DNA of 64,000 bases from Phoronis australis (lineage: Eukaryota > Animalia > Phoronida), in contig NMRA01000325.1 of the NCBI GenBank assembly GCA_002633005.1, forward strand, positions 38,132 to 102,131, written 5' to 3'. A program made the position numbers and the translations under genes. Within the stretch, counting starts at the first letter, position 1. Each line of letters starts with the position of its first letter. This document shows, piece by piece, positions 47,904 to 60,797 of the stretch. The notes under the pieces are model-generated. The model ran no database searches, was not told the DNA's origin, and saw only the letters and a list, made by a program, of their open reading frames with translations.

Positions 47904-49032
47904 ACTGTTTTTAAAAAAACAGTAACTTGTGGCGAACTGGTGAGAATACCAGAATCTCCGGTAAGAGTCGCCGCACGTGGGGTAAGTCGTGGCACTATGG
48001 ACCTAATTCACGCCGACAGGAGGCGCGTTCCAAAAGGAGGCTCGCTACGATAGCTCCGTTGGCTTATCGGCATACTGGTTGTATTCCGCATTGCTCGAAC
48101 GGCTAGAAAAAATACGAACACTCAACAGGGCCGTAGGAAGGGGGGGGGGGGGGGCGTGCCCCCCCNGACAGCACAGCCCTCCCCCCAAAAAAAATTCAGG
48201 CGTCAGGGTTCAACCGTGGCAACCGACATACGCAGGGGGCGGGGACAGTCGAGAAAAGAAAGACTGGTAAATGCGAATAAGAGAGAAAAATCAAGAGGAA
48301 CATTTCACAACTCTGTATTGAGTGCATGGTTTATCTGTGGGGACCCTGGCCAGGACATTGTTGTTGGGGTCTCCGCTTTCGCAGCACAGATTGTCTAAAC
48401 GCACTTGAAAACGTGCACGTAATGATTCATGCATTATATTTCGAAAAATCAAAAAATGTAAAGCGAAACTTTTGCGGAGCGTAATAATTTACTTGATTTT
48501 CAAATTCAATAAGTTTTGCGACTGCAAAACCATATTTTTCCAGAGGCCCCTCTCTGGCAAGGGATAACGGAAACAACTGTTGATTTTTTCTCGAATTGTG
48601 TATCACTTGATGCCCTGACAGATATCATTAATTGCTGCACATTTCTTTATTTTTCATAATATTGATAATTTCATATTGAGGGGCCCCACCCTTGAAGGAG
48701 GCCATTGATGACATTCAAGTGACCACTCTTTTTATGTTTTTATTTACAAATTCTTAAGGGTCCGCTCACTGATAAAGGGCCAATGTTGTACTTGATTACG
48801 TCTAGTTTCCTTTTTTGTGAAATCGTGCAACTGACTTTCATATTGAAAAGGTCACTTCCTGCACCATCTTGTGGCCACACGACGGTGGAATGATCGGTCA
48901 CTCTTTTCCAACTAAAGCTTAATGATGTTTAGTTTTTCATAATTAAAGCCTCCCTTTTCAGACGATACCCTCTCTCGGTGGAGCAATTCGGGGAAATGTC
49001 CCTTTGTCCCTCTATACGTGTAAATCCGACAC

Positions 49033-49174
49033 CATGGGCGGCGCAGCACTGAAAAAAGTGTGGGGGTTAAAGCCCCCCAGCCCCCTGTGATGCACCGCCC
49101 ATAGACCATGGGCGGCCCAGCACTGAAAAAGTGGGGGGTTTAGCCTCCCAGCCCCTTACGGTGCGCCACCCATG
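49033..49174. mobile_element. hAT-like MITE family B, dimeric, inverted orientation, 5-bp TSD
   Basis: CATGGG..CCCATG termini flanked by GACAC on both sides. Confidence 0.8.
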
Positions 49175-49444
49175 GACACTGCCAAATATTCTCGAGCGGA
49201 GTTGAGGTTTCAAATTCATAAAAACACTAACTTTCGTGCACAGCACAGCAGTATTAAGACATTCGATCCAAACGACCAAAAATATGAACAATAAATACAA
49301 TAGGATTGACCGCCATCGAAAGGGTGGAATTTTGAAGAATGTGAAAACCCCTATTTGTTAATCACACGAAAGGACTGTTTCCGATGGTAAGTCATAGAAT
49401 AATTAGAAAACGGACAATCGACGAAAAATAAAGAAGTTCATGGT

Positions 49445-49490
49445 AACTCAACGTTTCGTCTTTTCATAAGACATCATCAGGATATGTACA
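49445..49490 (-). ncRNA. Minimal hammerhead ribozyme motif in a Penelope-type terminal repeat fragment
   Basis: Minus strand CTGATGA-T-GTCTT-atgaa-AAGAC-GAAACGTT; adjacent 49460-49550 is homologous to 14785-14875. Confidence 0.6.
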
Positions 49491-49884
49491 GTTAGACAAC
49501 AAGTGTCGATTACCATTCAAGTCACATCCATGTGGTGAAATGAGAGTGAGAGATTGTCGTACTATGGTAAAAAAATAATGTAATTAAGTAATGTTACTGT
49601 TGCCCATAGTATCACACGAATAGCATCTCTTTTGAAAATGGTTACTATGAGTTGTTTGTAAGGAATTCACACATGTAGAAAACACTGCTGTCGAGGTGAA
49701 CGAGTGTACTCAAATACTCCCAATAATGAACAAATATTTCAGCATTTTATGGGGGGTCAAGTTAAACTCGTGAACCGTTATAGGTACCTCGGAAAGGAGC
49801 AAAAATACACCTTACTATGAATGCACAATCTCACAAAAATCTGCGAGCATGGCTGCGGATATTGCTTACAACATTGATTTCCGT

Positions 49885-50690
49885 TTTGATTAATTCGTTG
49901 GTTTCTGATTTACATGCTTATGTATCTACGAAAACCGACATGTTAATAGATGATTTTTGACAATTAGAAGCTAATCTTTTAAGAAATGATGGCGATTCAG
50001 GGAATTTAGTTGAAGTCTGGATATGGAAAAAATTCTATAACCAGTAAAGTGAAACTAGACGCTTTTTGCCTAACTAAAATAAGTCTCAAAGACATTGATG
50101 AAATTTGGACACTTCCTAAAAATTTACCCACAATTCAAATGACAATAAACATTTCTTTTTTACTTCGTACAAGATCTGTTGTTTAAACTTACCAACAGGG
50201 GATCAAAAGAGAATTAAGTCATTAAATCAAGGTAAACGCATTGCTCATGGATTTTATTGTTGGTTTCTGATTTGCATGTTTATGTATCTATGGAAGTGGA
50301 CTGATTGACGGATGATTTTTTGACAATTAGAAGCTAATCTTGTAGAAATGAGAATGCTTCAATGAACTTAGTTGCAAGTAGACACCGAGAAAATTCGATC
50401 TATCATCAGGGCTGGGTTGCATAAAGCTACAAAATTATCCGCTGGATAAATTTGATTGTTGCATGACGTCAGATTGCTCAACAATAACAACGTGACGCGT
50501 GATAATGCAACGTCATTGTTGCTATACGGCGTATAACTTTTATGCCCAGATCCCCAACTATAAAAGTACGCTAAACGATTTGATTTGTCTATCTGAAATA
50601 AGTCTCAAGGATATTGATGAACTTCGTACAATTCTACAAAGTGACCCAAAATCCTCTTTCATTTCAAATGACAATAAATGTTTATTGGCT
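49885..50690. repeat. Diverged tandem duplication of about 270 bp, second copy split by a MITE-like insert
   Basis: gttggtttctgattt.catg..tatgtatcta and aaataagtctcaa.ga.attgatgaa occur in both copies; insert about 50408-50556 has GGG..GGTTGCATAAAG / CTTTTATGC..CCC ends. Confidence 0.7.
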
Positions 50691-52474
50691 TAGGAACTAG
50701 ATTACTTGTAGATCCAAAAAGACATTTATTTACTTAAATAAAGAAATTCTAACTCATTGGTCATCAACTTGGAAAGATTCTCTTTGCAGTTCTATTATGT
50801 CTTTAGTTTCCAGTAATATTGAACAATGAATTTTTGTTCTTCAAAACTGATTCGTTTGCTTGCATTTCCGTGCATAATACACACACGGCATGCGCGCACC
50901 CAGCCTAACATTTTTGAGGATGTGGACCTTTTACTAAATTACAGGGTTTCCCCTGCGTGTAAACTTCTGGGCGGCCCGCCACGCTCCTTTTTGGCTCCGC
51001 CACTCGTAAATCACACTCAAATTGACCGCCACACACCTAATCTTGACGGGGAAACTTCACCGCCACGCAAAAATCGCTGGTAAAAATGATCGTCACTAAA
51101 AATGATCGCTAGTAATAATGAATAAGTACAAGTCACACGGCACCTTTCACCGTTTGTGGATCGAAAGGGAAAATAATAATTTTACAATGGGATCTTGAAT
51201 TGTGCCCCCGTTTAACACAATTATTCAATCCCCAATCCCCTTTCGTACCAAGTTTCCGCCTGGTAATTCCGACAATGCATATTAACTTAATAGTACAGCC
51301 GGGGACCAGGCACCGACCTCGATACGAATTTTCTAAAATGGGAAATTGCCAAGGCTTGCTAATGAAGTAAGAAACAGTAAGATTTCTGCTTCATTCATTT
51401 TATCGTGTCCTAGTTTACAAAAGACATTGTGAATTATACTGCAGGGCGTGACATCCAACTGTTTAATCAACCATAGCCCTGCACCAAAATGACGATATTG
51501 AATGTTAACCAGTCTCAGATTCGTCTGCATGTACTGGATTATACATCTTCGGCCAACGCCAATCCACTATCACTGATTTATGTTTAGGAAGACGATATGA
51601 ACGGACGTTTTGTTACACGAATTAGTTTATAACGCCCACAAAGTTCACATATTTTTTGTTCTATGTTTGTCACTTCGTGAATAATTCAGTTTGACTGTTT
51701 TTTGTACTTAAGTGCGACAGAGATCACACTATGCCGGATACTTCATTGTCAATTTGTCTTGCGAAGTGTCCTTTACCCAGATACTTCCACGTACTACATG
51801 GTGCTCGGGTTGGGGTCTTGTCTATGATAAGCAAACAGCAACCAATTACATCTAATTTTCAAATTTTGCCTGGGGAAGGTCTATGAACCACCCCCCCCCC
51901 CAAAATCATGGGAGGATCTCACTGACTTCATCCCATGCTCGCGTGTGGCGTCGGGTTCCACATCCGCGTCGAGCATTCACCTCCACGCTCCTTTCGAAAC
52001 CCAGACCGAGATAGGGCGACCCCACTTCTCATATTCGCTTACGGCAACGGGCTTTGCACCCCGTTTTGGCCATTTACCACCACGCTCCTTTCAAACCCAG
52101 GGGAAACACTGCTAAAGAAAAGAAAAAACGGAATACGAGGTTCGTTCAGGGCTATAGATCATGCATACGCCGAATTCCTATCTTTTCAGTGGACTTTTTG
52201 TGTAGTTTTTCTCGGACATTTTGTTTCTTTGAGGCGGACCTTTTTGCTTACTTTTCCAAATGGGGGGTTAGTTCGAGACCCCCGAGCCCTCCCCTTGGGT
52301 GCGCGCATGCAGGGAACACGTAATAACTGGCACGCCCACGTTAAAAGTAAGCTGTAACCATGCAGTAGGCCTGCGTAGAATATCAGTTACCCACGGGAGC
52401 TCAGTTTGAACACCAGACGTTGAAGTGTGTACATTTTTGGGACACACTCTGTATCATTTCCCCCATCAACCAGA

Positions 52475-54440
52475 AACTAGACTACCGGCTGTGTTTCATC
52501 GAGGGATTCTGAAACGGCCACAAGGGCACTCATACCAGGCACCTCTGGACCTCACCTTTCCAAAAAAATCCCTTCAAAGACTGGCCATAAATGAAGTTTT
52601 CCCGTAACTGGATCAGGAAACAAACCTTGACCTTCGACCCAGATGAGAGGAATAGGTGCGTATACACACTGTTGCAGCCCAACTATAGTTACTTCAGGCA
52701 GCTTCCAGTTACCCGTCAGTACTCTCAAGGAAACCAGGAAGAGATATCCAGGTTATCTCTTCCTGATATTATTAATAAAGCACAAAAATATTTCCCGGTG
52801 ATCAGTGCAATGGGCCCACATGCGCGGTCTGCGCACGTCTGGTACAACGTGTACCAGACCGCCTGCAATTATATTATAAATACGAGGGCTGGCGCTTTGC
52901 TAATGGTTTGAGGTACTCAAAATTGCTGGCGTTTCCGACTGTATACTTTGTAGCTAGATCTGCGCTTACTTAAGGACGATGTGCAGGGCCCGGGCAAGAG
53001 GTGTTTGGTTAATTATTGTCACGATAATTAACTTATGATATAGAATGAACGCGTCAGTCGGGTGGTAAGGAAAGGATCTAATTACTGAGGAAAATGACGC
53101 GGGAAAAATATAGGCTGCCTTCGTGTAAACAACACGGTTTTCGGACAGCGCTTTAGCCAGTGAAACTGGTAGCGTGTCCTCCCACTCATGTTAACGTAGT
53201 CACAAGTAGTGTGACGAGGCCTTTACGGTGACGGGTATTCCTGCCTTAGATCACGAGTTTCAAGTATAAGTAATGTGCAAACAAGATAGTCGGACCTCGG
53301 GTGTCTGCTTGGGCGGACTCAAACTGTCTCCTGGAGGGCGAACCTGAACTACTTACGACACGATACATTCTTTTACTAAATCACCATATGAAGACTCACA
53401 CTTACACTGTACACCTACCAGAATCAGATCTAAAAGGCCTTCACAGTCCGCTTCAGTAGCCTTGCGGATCGTCACCTTATCCATGCTCCGAGCCCTGAGA
53501 GTGAACAAATTTTGACCTCACTTGCGAGATGCGGCTTTTCTGTGGCATGTACACTAATCCGACACAATGATAAACATGATACGTTTGCGTGGTATATTCA
53601 TGCTGCACACAATGCCCTAATTATTGCGGTTCCTTGCGCAAGGGGTTCAGACTCTCCGACGATTTGTGAAGGTCGGCGAAACCTGGGAGTATTGATCTGC
53701 CGGTTTCCGATGCTGAGATGCTTATTTTATCAGCTAGGTTTTTTTTAATTATGGACATACGAAGAGGATCCCTATTCTGTGTAGATGATTTCGATAGTAA
53801 CACGAGTGCCCTGGACATGATTATGTAAGTAAGATATATGCGCCCTCTAGTGGTCAAGCTGTGTATTACGCATGGAATTTTCCTATGATTTTTGAGTCCT
53901 TTGGATATGGCCAAATATGGTCAGAACCTAGGAGTTATGGGCCTTGCCCTTCAGATCGTGTCTGATTGGTTGAAATTATGTACTTAAGCTTTGTCTCTGT
54001 CAGACACGAGGAGTCCAGTCGCAGAGTTCAAGAAGCAAACATTTACACCTTCACTCACACCAAATTGCAACTGTTTGTGCAGCTTTCGGGCTCCTCCCGA
54101 ACTTGGTTGCCAATAGTTTAGCCCCAGCAATTCTCGGGCTCCTCCCGAGCTTGATTGCATCTCACCTTTCGGATCTGAATAACCAAATTGCCCCGTTCTT
54201 GCACACACAACTATTAATCAGCGACTGGCTTGCCCGTGTATCAGAGCTGTATAAATCACAACGCAGCGATACTAAATCATGGAACAACTGGATTGCTTGT
54301 AAGTGTGAAATATTGTAGTTATATATTCTTACAATAAACCTATGTATTATTCACCAACTTTTAGTTTTCAATATCACCCTCAGTCCGCACCGTACTCGTA
54401 AAATCGGGGCGCCTTGGTCGTAGATACCGCCCCCGTTACA
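52475..54440 (+). mobile_element. LTR-like remnant
   Basis: TATAAA (54250), AATAAA (54333) and terminal ..CCCCGTTACA (54440) resemble an LTR 3' end; left boundary uncertain. Confidence 0.4.
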
Positions 54441-56185
54441 CGATCAACCAGAGGAGATTCTGTCACCGCAAATGAATTCGTATGATCATCTGTGAAAGGA
54501 AATTTTCCTTGACGATGGTCCCAGACTGGACTGAGCAGTATTTCATTGCAATTTATTTTAAATTGTTACTTATACGTATACACTGTCGGCATCAGCAGGG
54601 AATAGGACACAGCTGGGTTTCCATTGGCATCTTCTGGGCTAAACAATTATGCTTCTTTTTGGTACCATTGAAATTACCGTAAGGTAATTAAAGTGTCCTT
54701 AGTGAAGTTCTGGTGGGTTTAACCACGCAAGAGATCTTGTATGGGATACCTGTTCTATTTTATACAGTGCTGCCCTTCGTACACCCAGTTTTCCGGTGAA
54801 CTCATCTTTTTGATTCTCGTTGGTTCAAGGAATTCAAAAATATTTTAAGTACAGTTTTGTAGTAGCTACATACTTTGTGCGCATAAATCGACACTTCCGC
54901 CTCCCTCCACAAAAGTGTGATAATGAATTCAAATGGATTGGTTGGAAAAACCAGCCATCAACCGCCAGTCGTAACATAAAGTATGGCATTTTTCTACGAC
55001 TACGTCGCTTTTGTAACTGAATGTGCAAAAAATTGAGTCACGTACGGATAGAGGAATATCCTATGCTACTGACTCGTTTCCTCACAGTTTTCATTTATTC
55101 ACAATCCGGGATTTCATTCAAAATGCCACTCGCTGTTTTCGCGTTGGTTTTGAACGGTGGATGATCTTCTGTCCCTGTGTCCGTCCTCCATCTGTATCAC
55201 GACTGGTTAGATTCATTGCATTCAAAGTTAAACTGAACACTTCAGGCTACTTTTTCGCTTTGGTATGTTTGTAGTATATTATACTGTATAGCATTAAAAA
55301 TGATAAAAATAATTCAAATATTATAATGTTATATTTTGATAATGCGCTCACGTTGTGTGCGAACAAGTCTATTTTCGTAGAAATACACAGACATTGGCTC
55401 AGTCATTTGTTGTGGCCTAGATAATAGAACCTGACACACTGCGCGACAGACCTTTCTATTCGCTGCAAAAGTGTACCTACACTTGACTTTCACTATTCAT
55501 GTTGCCTTTTTGATTACGAGTTTAAAGAAGTAATCCTGAGCAGCAACGAGTTTAATTTTTCGGATAACTAATAATAACATTGGCAGGGTCTTGATTACAT
55601 TGTGCCGTTATAGTATAGAATTTTAAGTCCGTCACAGGGTTAAGGCATCCAGGTATGACTCATTTGCGCGTCAGTTTTGGCTTGCATGTTCCTAAGAACG
55701 CGTTTAGAGGTGTCACTTTCAAGCCTTCGAGCTTCGATAGTTTGCAATACTCCGGTTATAACCTTTTGATTGATATCCTGTTCTAACACGTTCTTTGTCA
55801 TATGTATGCCAGGTGGCATAAACCAGTTACTAAATTTATAGTCTAGTACTAACCCTGGTATGCCAAATCAACAATGGCGAGGTTGCGTACAAACTGACAC
55901 GGTGAAAATGAATTTTGAGTACATCCCGGTTAGCTGGTTATTTCTTCACGGCATCAGATTTTCATGACCGATCCAAAAACGGAAATCCCAAAAACAAATC
56001 GAAAGCATTTTAATCCAGTATGGTATAAGTCTGAAACTGTACCCTAAGCACATCACTAACAGGTGAGACCCGTTCAGTTAGAGGGTTCTCCTCAGGATCA
56101 CTTCTGTCATAGGCCAAGTACCCCACTATAATTATGTCACCAACACAGCAATATTGTAACGAAGTCCACTACTTCTGACATAATT

Positions 56186-56186
<1 letters not shown>

Positions 56187-56263
<77 letters not shown>

Positions 56264-56590
56264 TGTATTTATTATCATTTACAAACAATTACAAAAACAA
56301 ACAAACAAGTAAGTACACCATTCATTCACGCATGCACACCTCAGGAAGACCATTCTCATATCTCGTTTAAAGTAAATAAGTTCTACATGAAGTTAACATG
56401 AACAATAAAATTTTCCCATTTCGCAGAGAAGCTGTCATATACAAAGTTTTTATGTGCATTTAATTTTTCAGCATTATATTATTCATAAGTTTTTGTAACG
56501 AACTTGAGAAAATTAGGTATATTTTTGTGACATCTCTCCTTGTAAATGTACTGTTTAGCTAGTAGAAGCAAAATGTTAAATAGAAAATCA
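56187..56590 (-). repeat. (TA)n(TG)n microsatellite at a probable LINE (L1/Tx1-like) 3' end
   Basis: Microsatellite 56187-56260 follows minus-strand AATAAA; upstream minus frame reads FSAKWENF-like. Confidence 0.45.
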
Positions 56591-57310
56591 CTTTTCACAT
56601 AATATCAGGAAGAGATAAACATGGTTTTCTCTTCCTGACAGTATCAATTAAATTCACGCTTAAATGAAAGGGACGAGTGGTCGTATTTACTGACGACGTG
56701 TACAAGACTAAATAATCAACGGATTCTGTACAGCCCTTGTGAATGTGTATTTGCAATGGCTCAAAGACCGTGATTATCTTCAATTTACAGTTTTGGCAAA
56801 CGCGTTAACGAGTAGAACTCGAAGGCGCCTAGGCTTCCATTCTTTGCCGCCCGTTACGTGAACATTCTGGCATTCTATTCTTGGGAATACCCCCCCCCCC
56901 CTCCCCGCTCCGACTGACCCCCTACCAGAGCTGATGGACATTCCGTGCCCGTGATCGCTTGTTACATTTGTATATAGTACATGATTGTACGTTAAGTTTT
57001 ATTCCCTTGTCTGCGGAGTGAATTTATTTCCAATCCAACTAGTAAAATGCCACCCCTATGAGAATGATATCTCTGAAATCCCACATCATCGAGATTTACG
57101 AGATTAATGGCTAATCGTCGATTTTTTGTCGCACGTTGAGGTTTTTTGTCTCCAGTATAAGGGGGAATGGTGAAAAGTTCAATACAATACCGTTGGTTTT
57201 CAAACAATTAATAATGTCATGACACTGAATTGCCAGGTAATACCAGTCTGTGAGATGTACACGTTTATTGGAGTTCCGACAATGCAAGCAACAATTTCCG
57301 GAACTGTAGT

Positions 57311-57368
<58 letters not shown>

Positions 57369-58180
57369 CACTTTATTCACGTTAAGACAAAAATACGATT
57401 AATGCAAATTTAGGCTTATGGAGACTCCTTGAAGGACCCGTAGGATCCGCTGACCACGGAGCCACCAGAGAATAAAAATACAGTGTTGCAGATAATCAGA
57501 ATTACAAAATTAGGTGATAATGTGATTTAAAACTACTTGTAAAAAGACTAGGAGAGATTATCGAAAATAGTTACACTCAAGTTCATAACTTTCAAAACAA
57601 ACGTCTTAAAATAATTTAAAACAGAGGATAACGAATGGGTAAAAATTTATTGAGAAACACTTTCAGGAAAGTTATTAGTGATATGAGGTAGGGCGTTGCA
57701 AACTGAATCTTCAGCAAATGATTTAGTACAACGAGAAGTTTGTAGAAGATGTCGTTGCCTAGTGTAATGTTCATGATTAGACCCACGGGTTATTAAATTG
57801 AACGTGTTAAAAATGAAGGTAAGTAATTATGAACATATTTGTAGAAAAATTTGATAATAGCAACAACATACAAGGATCTGTATGGGCATTAAAATAACTA
57901 GAGGTAATAGTGCGAATAACCTTTTTCTGTAATTTGAATATTCTATCAAAATGATGTTCACACCCCCATAGCAGAATGCCATAATTAAAATGAGGAAGGA
58001 TGAGACCATTATATACAGTTTCAAAGTTTCAAAGGGCAAGAAATGTTTAATGTCCTTGAGAACACCACAGAATATGCTTACCTTTGTCAACACATTGTTT
58101 ATGTGTGGAGTCCATAATAGGTTTTTGTTGATGGTGACACCAAGTAAATTGAATGAACTAACTCTTTCAATTTCCAAGTT

Positions 58181-58407
58181 CGTGCGCGCACCCATGGGGG
58201 GGGGAAGTGGGTAAAAAGGTCCGCCTCAAAGAAACAAAAAGTCCGAGAAAACGAGACAAAAGTCCACTAAAAAGGCGCAGACGCACAATTCACAGACATA
58301 AAGGTGGTATCCCGTTCTTTTTTTAGTCCTCCCGCTTTTTTTGTTAGCGAAGGTCCACTTTGTCGAGATTCGAGCCCCCTCCATATTAAAGGCTGGATGC
58401 GCGCACG
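58181..58407. mobile_element. hAT-like MITE family A nested in LINE
   Basis: CGTGCGCGCACCC / GGATGCGCGCACG termini; flanks AAGTT / AACTT; interior is the reverse of 8074-8308. Confidence 0.75.
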
Positions 58408-58729
58408 AACTTATTAAACTTTAAAATTAAAATCATCAATACATTTTGGGAGTTTATGAAAAACCTTGAATTTTGTTTTAGTTGCATTTAAAACCAGTCC
58501 ATTTACACTTAAACCAGACTGAATTTTCTCTAGCTCCCCACAAAAAATATGTGACTCATTAACAGACAACGTGCCATGAATATCATAAATAATAGTAGTA
58601 TCATCAGTATAATGTATGCAGTCAAATAAACTCGTGGACTTCACAAAATCATTTATATAAATGACGATTAATAACGGACCCAGTACAGAGCCTTGTGGGA
58701 CACCTCCCAAAGTAGTCCTTGTGCGAGTT

Positions 58730-59830
58730 AATAGCAATAACGCGAGATTCTGTGAGACCTAACTGTGACGTCACCGGAAGTAGGGCAAAAGCTTGTCGTT
58801 TGTCCATTTGCCTGATACGTTAGCAGAATGTATTCCGTATGCTGTTATGGGAAATGTAATTCAGATTCGCGCTACAATATGTTCCATCGCGTTCTGTACT
58901 AATTTCGACCTGTATATTGTAAACGGGCGGTAGGAGAACTCCGCTCACTGATTAAGAGTTTTCACCTCGTAAAAGATACATTGTACACCTAAAGCTATCA
59001 CTTAAAAAGCGCCTACTTTTTTCAGTGGTCCTTTCGGCTTCTAAACATACCTTCGATCAAGCATGGCTACGAGAATTAAGATGACTTTGGCGAAGAATTC
59101 CATATCCACTTTTGGTTACCGTTAAAGTTTTCATAGAACGCACGATAACCATAACAAAGCACTTCAACTGAGTCGAGTGGGTATGAGGCAAAGGCTAGCG
59201 CGAGACTGAGCGAAGCGCGTGACCTGGCGCGTGACACTTGCAAAATAGCATGGGAAGATATTGTTAATTTGGTAGGATTTATGTCCCTTGGATTTTTGTT
59301 CGTCAGCAAGCGTGATTTCACGTAACTTCCTCAAAATGGCTCCCGGTGAGAGAAACTCATGCAAATCGCGCGATTTTCATTGATATGTTCAAGTTATTTG
59401 TTGAATAACTGTATCCAGAGTCATGGTATGGGTTAATTATAACTACATGTGCAAATTATATGGATGTTTCATTTGATTTTTTTTCCTGTATTTTGAAATG
59501 AGTGACATTTAATGGGTATATACTATCGCCCTTGTATGGCTGCGGCATTCACTTCAGGCCTAGTCCGGGTTGAGTTCCAATTTCAGTTCGTTTACAGCTT
59601 CGCACAAGATAAGAAGTTCACTTTTTATTTGTCCATTCACAGTTACTCCACGATCCATCTACCATTTCTTAAGTTGTGTTAACGTTTTAAACATAAAATT
59701 CTCCACAAGAACTCCAAAAAGATTTAGTGTGTGTAGCAAAGACTCGGCAGGCAAAACGGCAACATAGCGGGATTTGCCCTACTTCCGGTGAGGTCACATT
59801 GAATCATAGGAAACTAGCAATTGAGCTATT
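58730..59830. mobile_element. Non-autonomous TIR element (AATAG..CTATT ends) nested in LINE RT
   Basis: TGTGACGTCACCGGAAGTAGGGCAAA (58765) pairs with TTTGCCCTACTTCCGGTGAGGTCACA (59798); splits the RT between QYVQIN and GVPQGS. Confidence 0.8.
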
Positions 59831-60701
59831 GGAACTGTGTTAGATTTTGTATTATTAATCTGAACATACTGAGCCCGATTAGGGAGATAGTTTCTCAAAA
59901 AACTTAAAGACAAGGGGTTGCAACCATAATATAGAAGTTTGTCGAGTAAAATAGAATGACACAAAGAGTCAAGAGCTTTGGAAAGATCAATTAGAATGGC
60001 CAGATGTCATTTATTACTTTCCATAGCCTTGACAATTCTATCCATAATTTCAACTAAAGCCAGTGCCCCCCACAAAAACCACGCTGGGCAGGATGTAGCA
60101 AGCCATTAGATTGAAAATAATCGTAAAGTTGATGATAAATGAGTTTTTCAAAAATCTTACAAAAGCAAGGAAGAACGGAAATAGGCCTGCAATTATCTAA
60201 AAACAACGAGTCCCCTTTTTAAATACAGGAATAACTTGGCAATTTTCATGTTGTCTGGAAAATTTTGGTTGAAAATGGACTGGTTAAGCACAACACACAA
60301 TGGTTCAATCAATAGATTACTTAGCCATTTTATTATTTTCATGGATATGCCGTCATGACCACAAGTAGGTTTAGCTGGAAAAGAATTAATCACTTTACTA
60401 ATATCAATATGGTAAACTGGTTCAAAGTCAAATCTACATGTAGCAGTGGATTCACAATCTAAAAAAGACACATGTGACAAATTTGAAGAATGACTAGGTA
60501 GAGAGCGTGAGGCAATATTACTAAAATAATTATTGATTAGAAATGATTTACAATCTCACCCTCGTCACAAACCATTTCATCATTTATCTTCAATTTAGTA
60601 GGATTATTTATTTCAATAAATTATTAATTTCCTTCCAAGTGTCCTTGGGAGAACCAACATGGGCTCGAAACAGTTTCTGATAATAAAGCAGCTGTAGAGG
60701 G

Positions 60702-60797
60702 TCCAGGTTGCTCATGAGGAAGATGGCATGAAAATTGCTGCCGACCGGGAGGCGTTACGAGCATCCTGGCACGGTACAGAAATTTTAGCAACCTGGA
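60702..60797. mobile_element. Small MITE-like inverted repeat
   Basis: TCCAGGTTGCT ... AGCAACCTGGA, 11-bp perfect IR at the 5' truncation point of the LINE. Confidence 0.5.

Larger units (their letters stand above)
57313..60690 (-). mobile_element. Degenerate CR1/L2-type LINE with (CTG)n tail and two nested insertions
   Basis: GHDGISMKIIK..FPDNMKIAK, RPISVLPCFCKIFEK, IDLSKALDS..HSILLDKL, GVPQGSVLGPLL..YINDF..YTDDTT, FNLLGVTINKNLLW; AATAAA at 57377-57372 followed by (CTG)n at 57363-57313. Confidence 0.88.

Noticed and set aside
57111-57413. Poly-Cys and poly-Ala ORFs
   Set aside because: Translation of the (CAG)n LINE tail.
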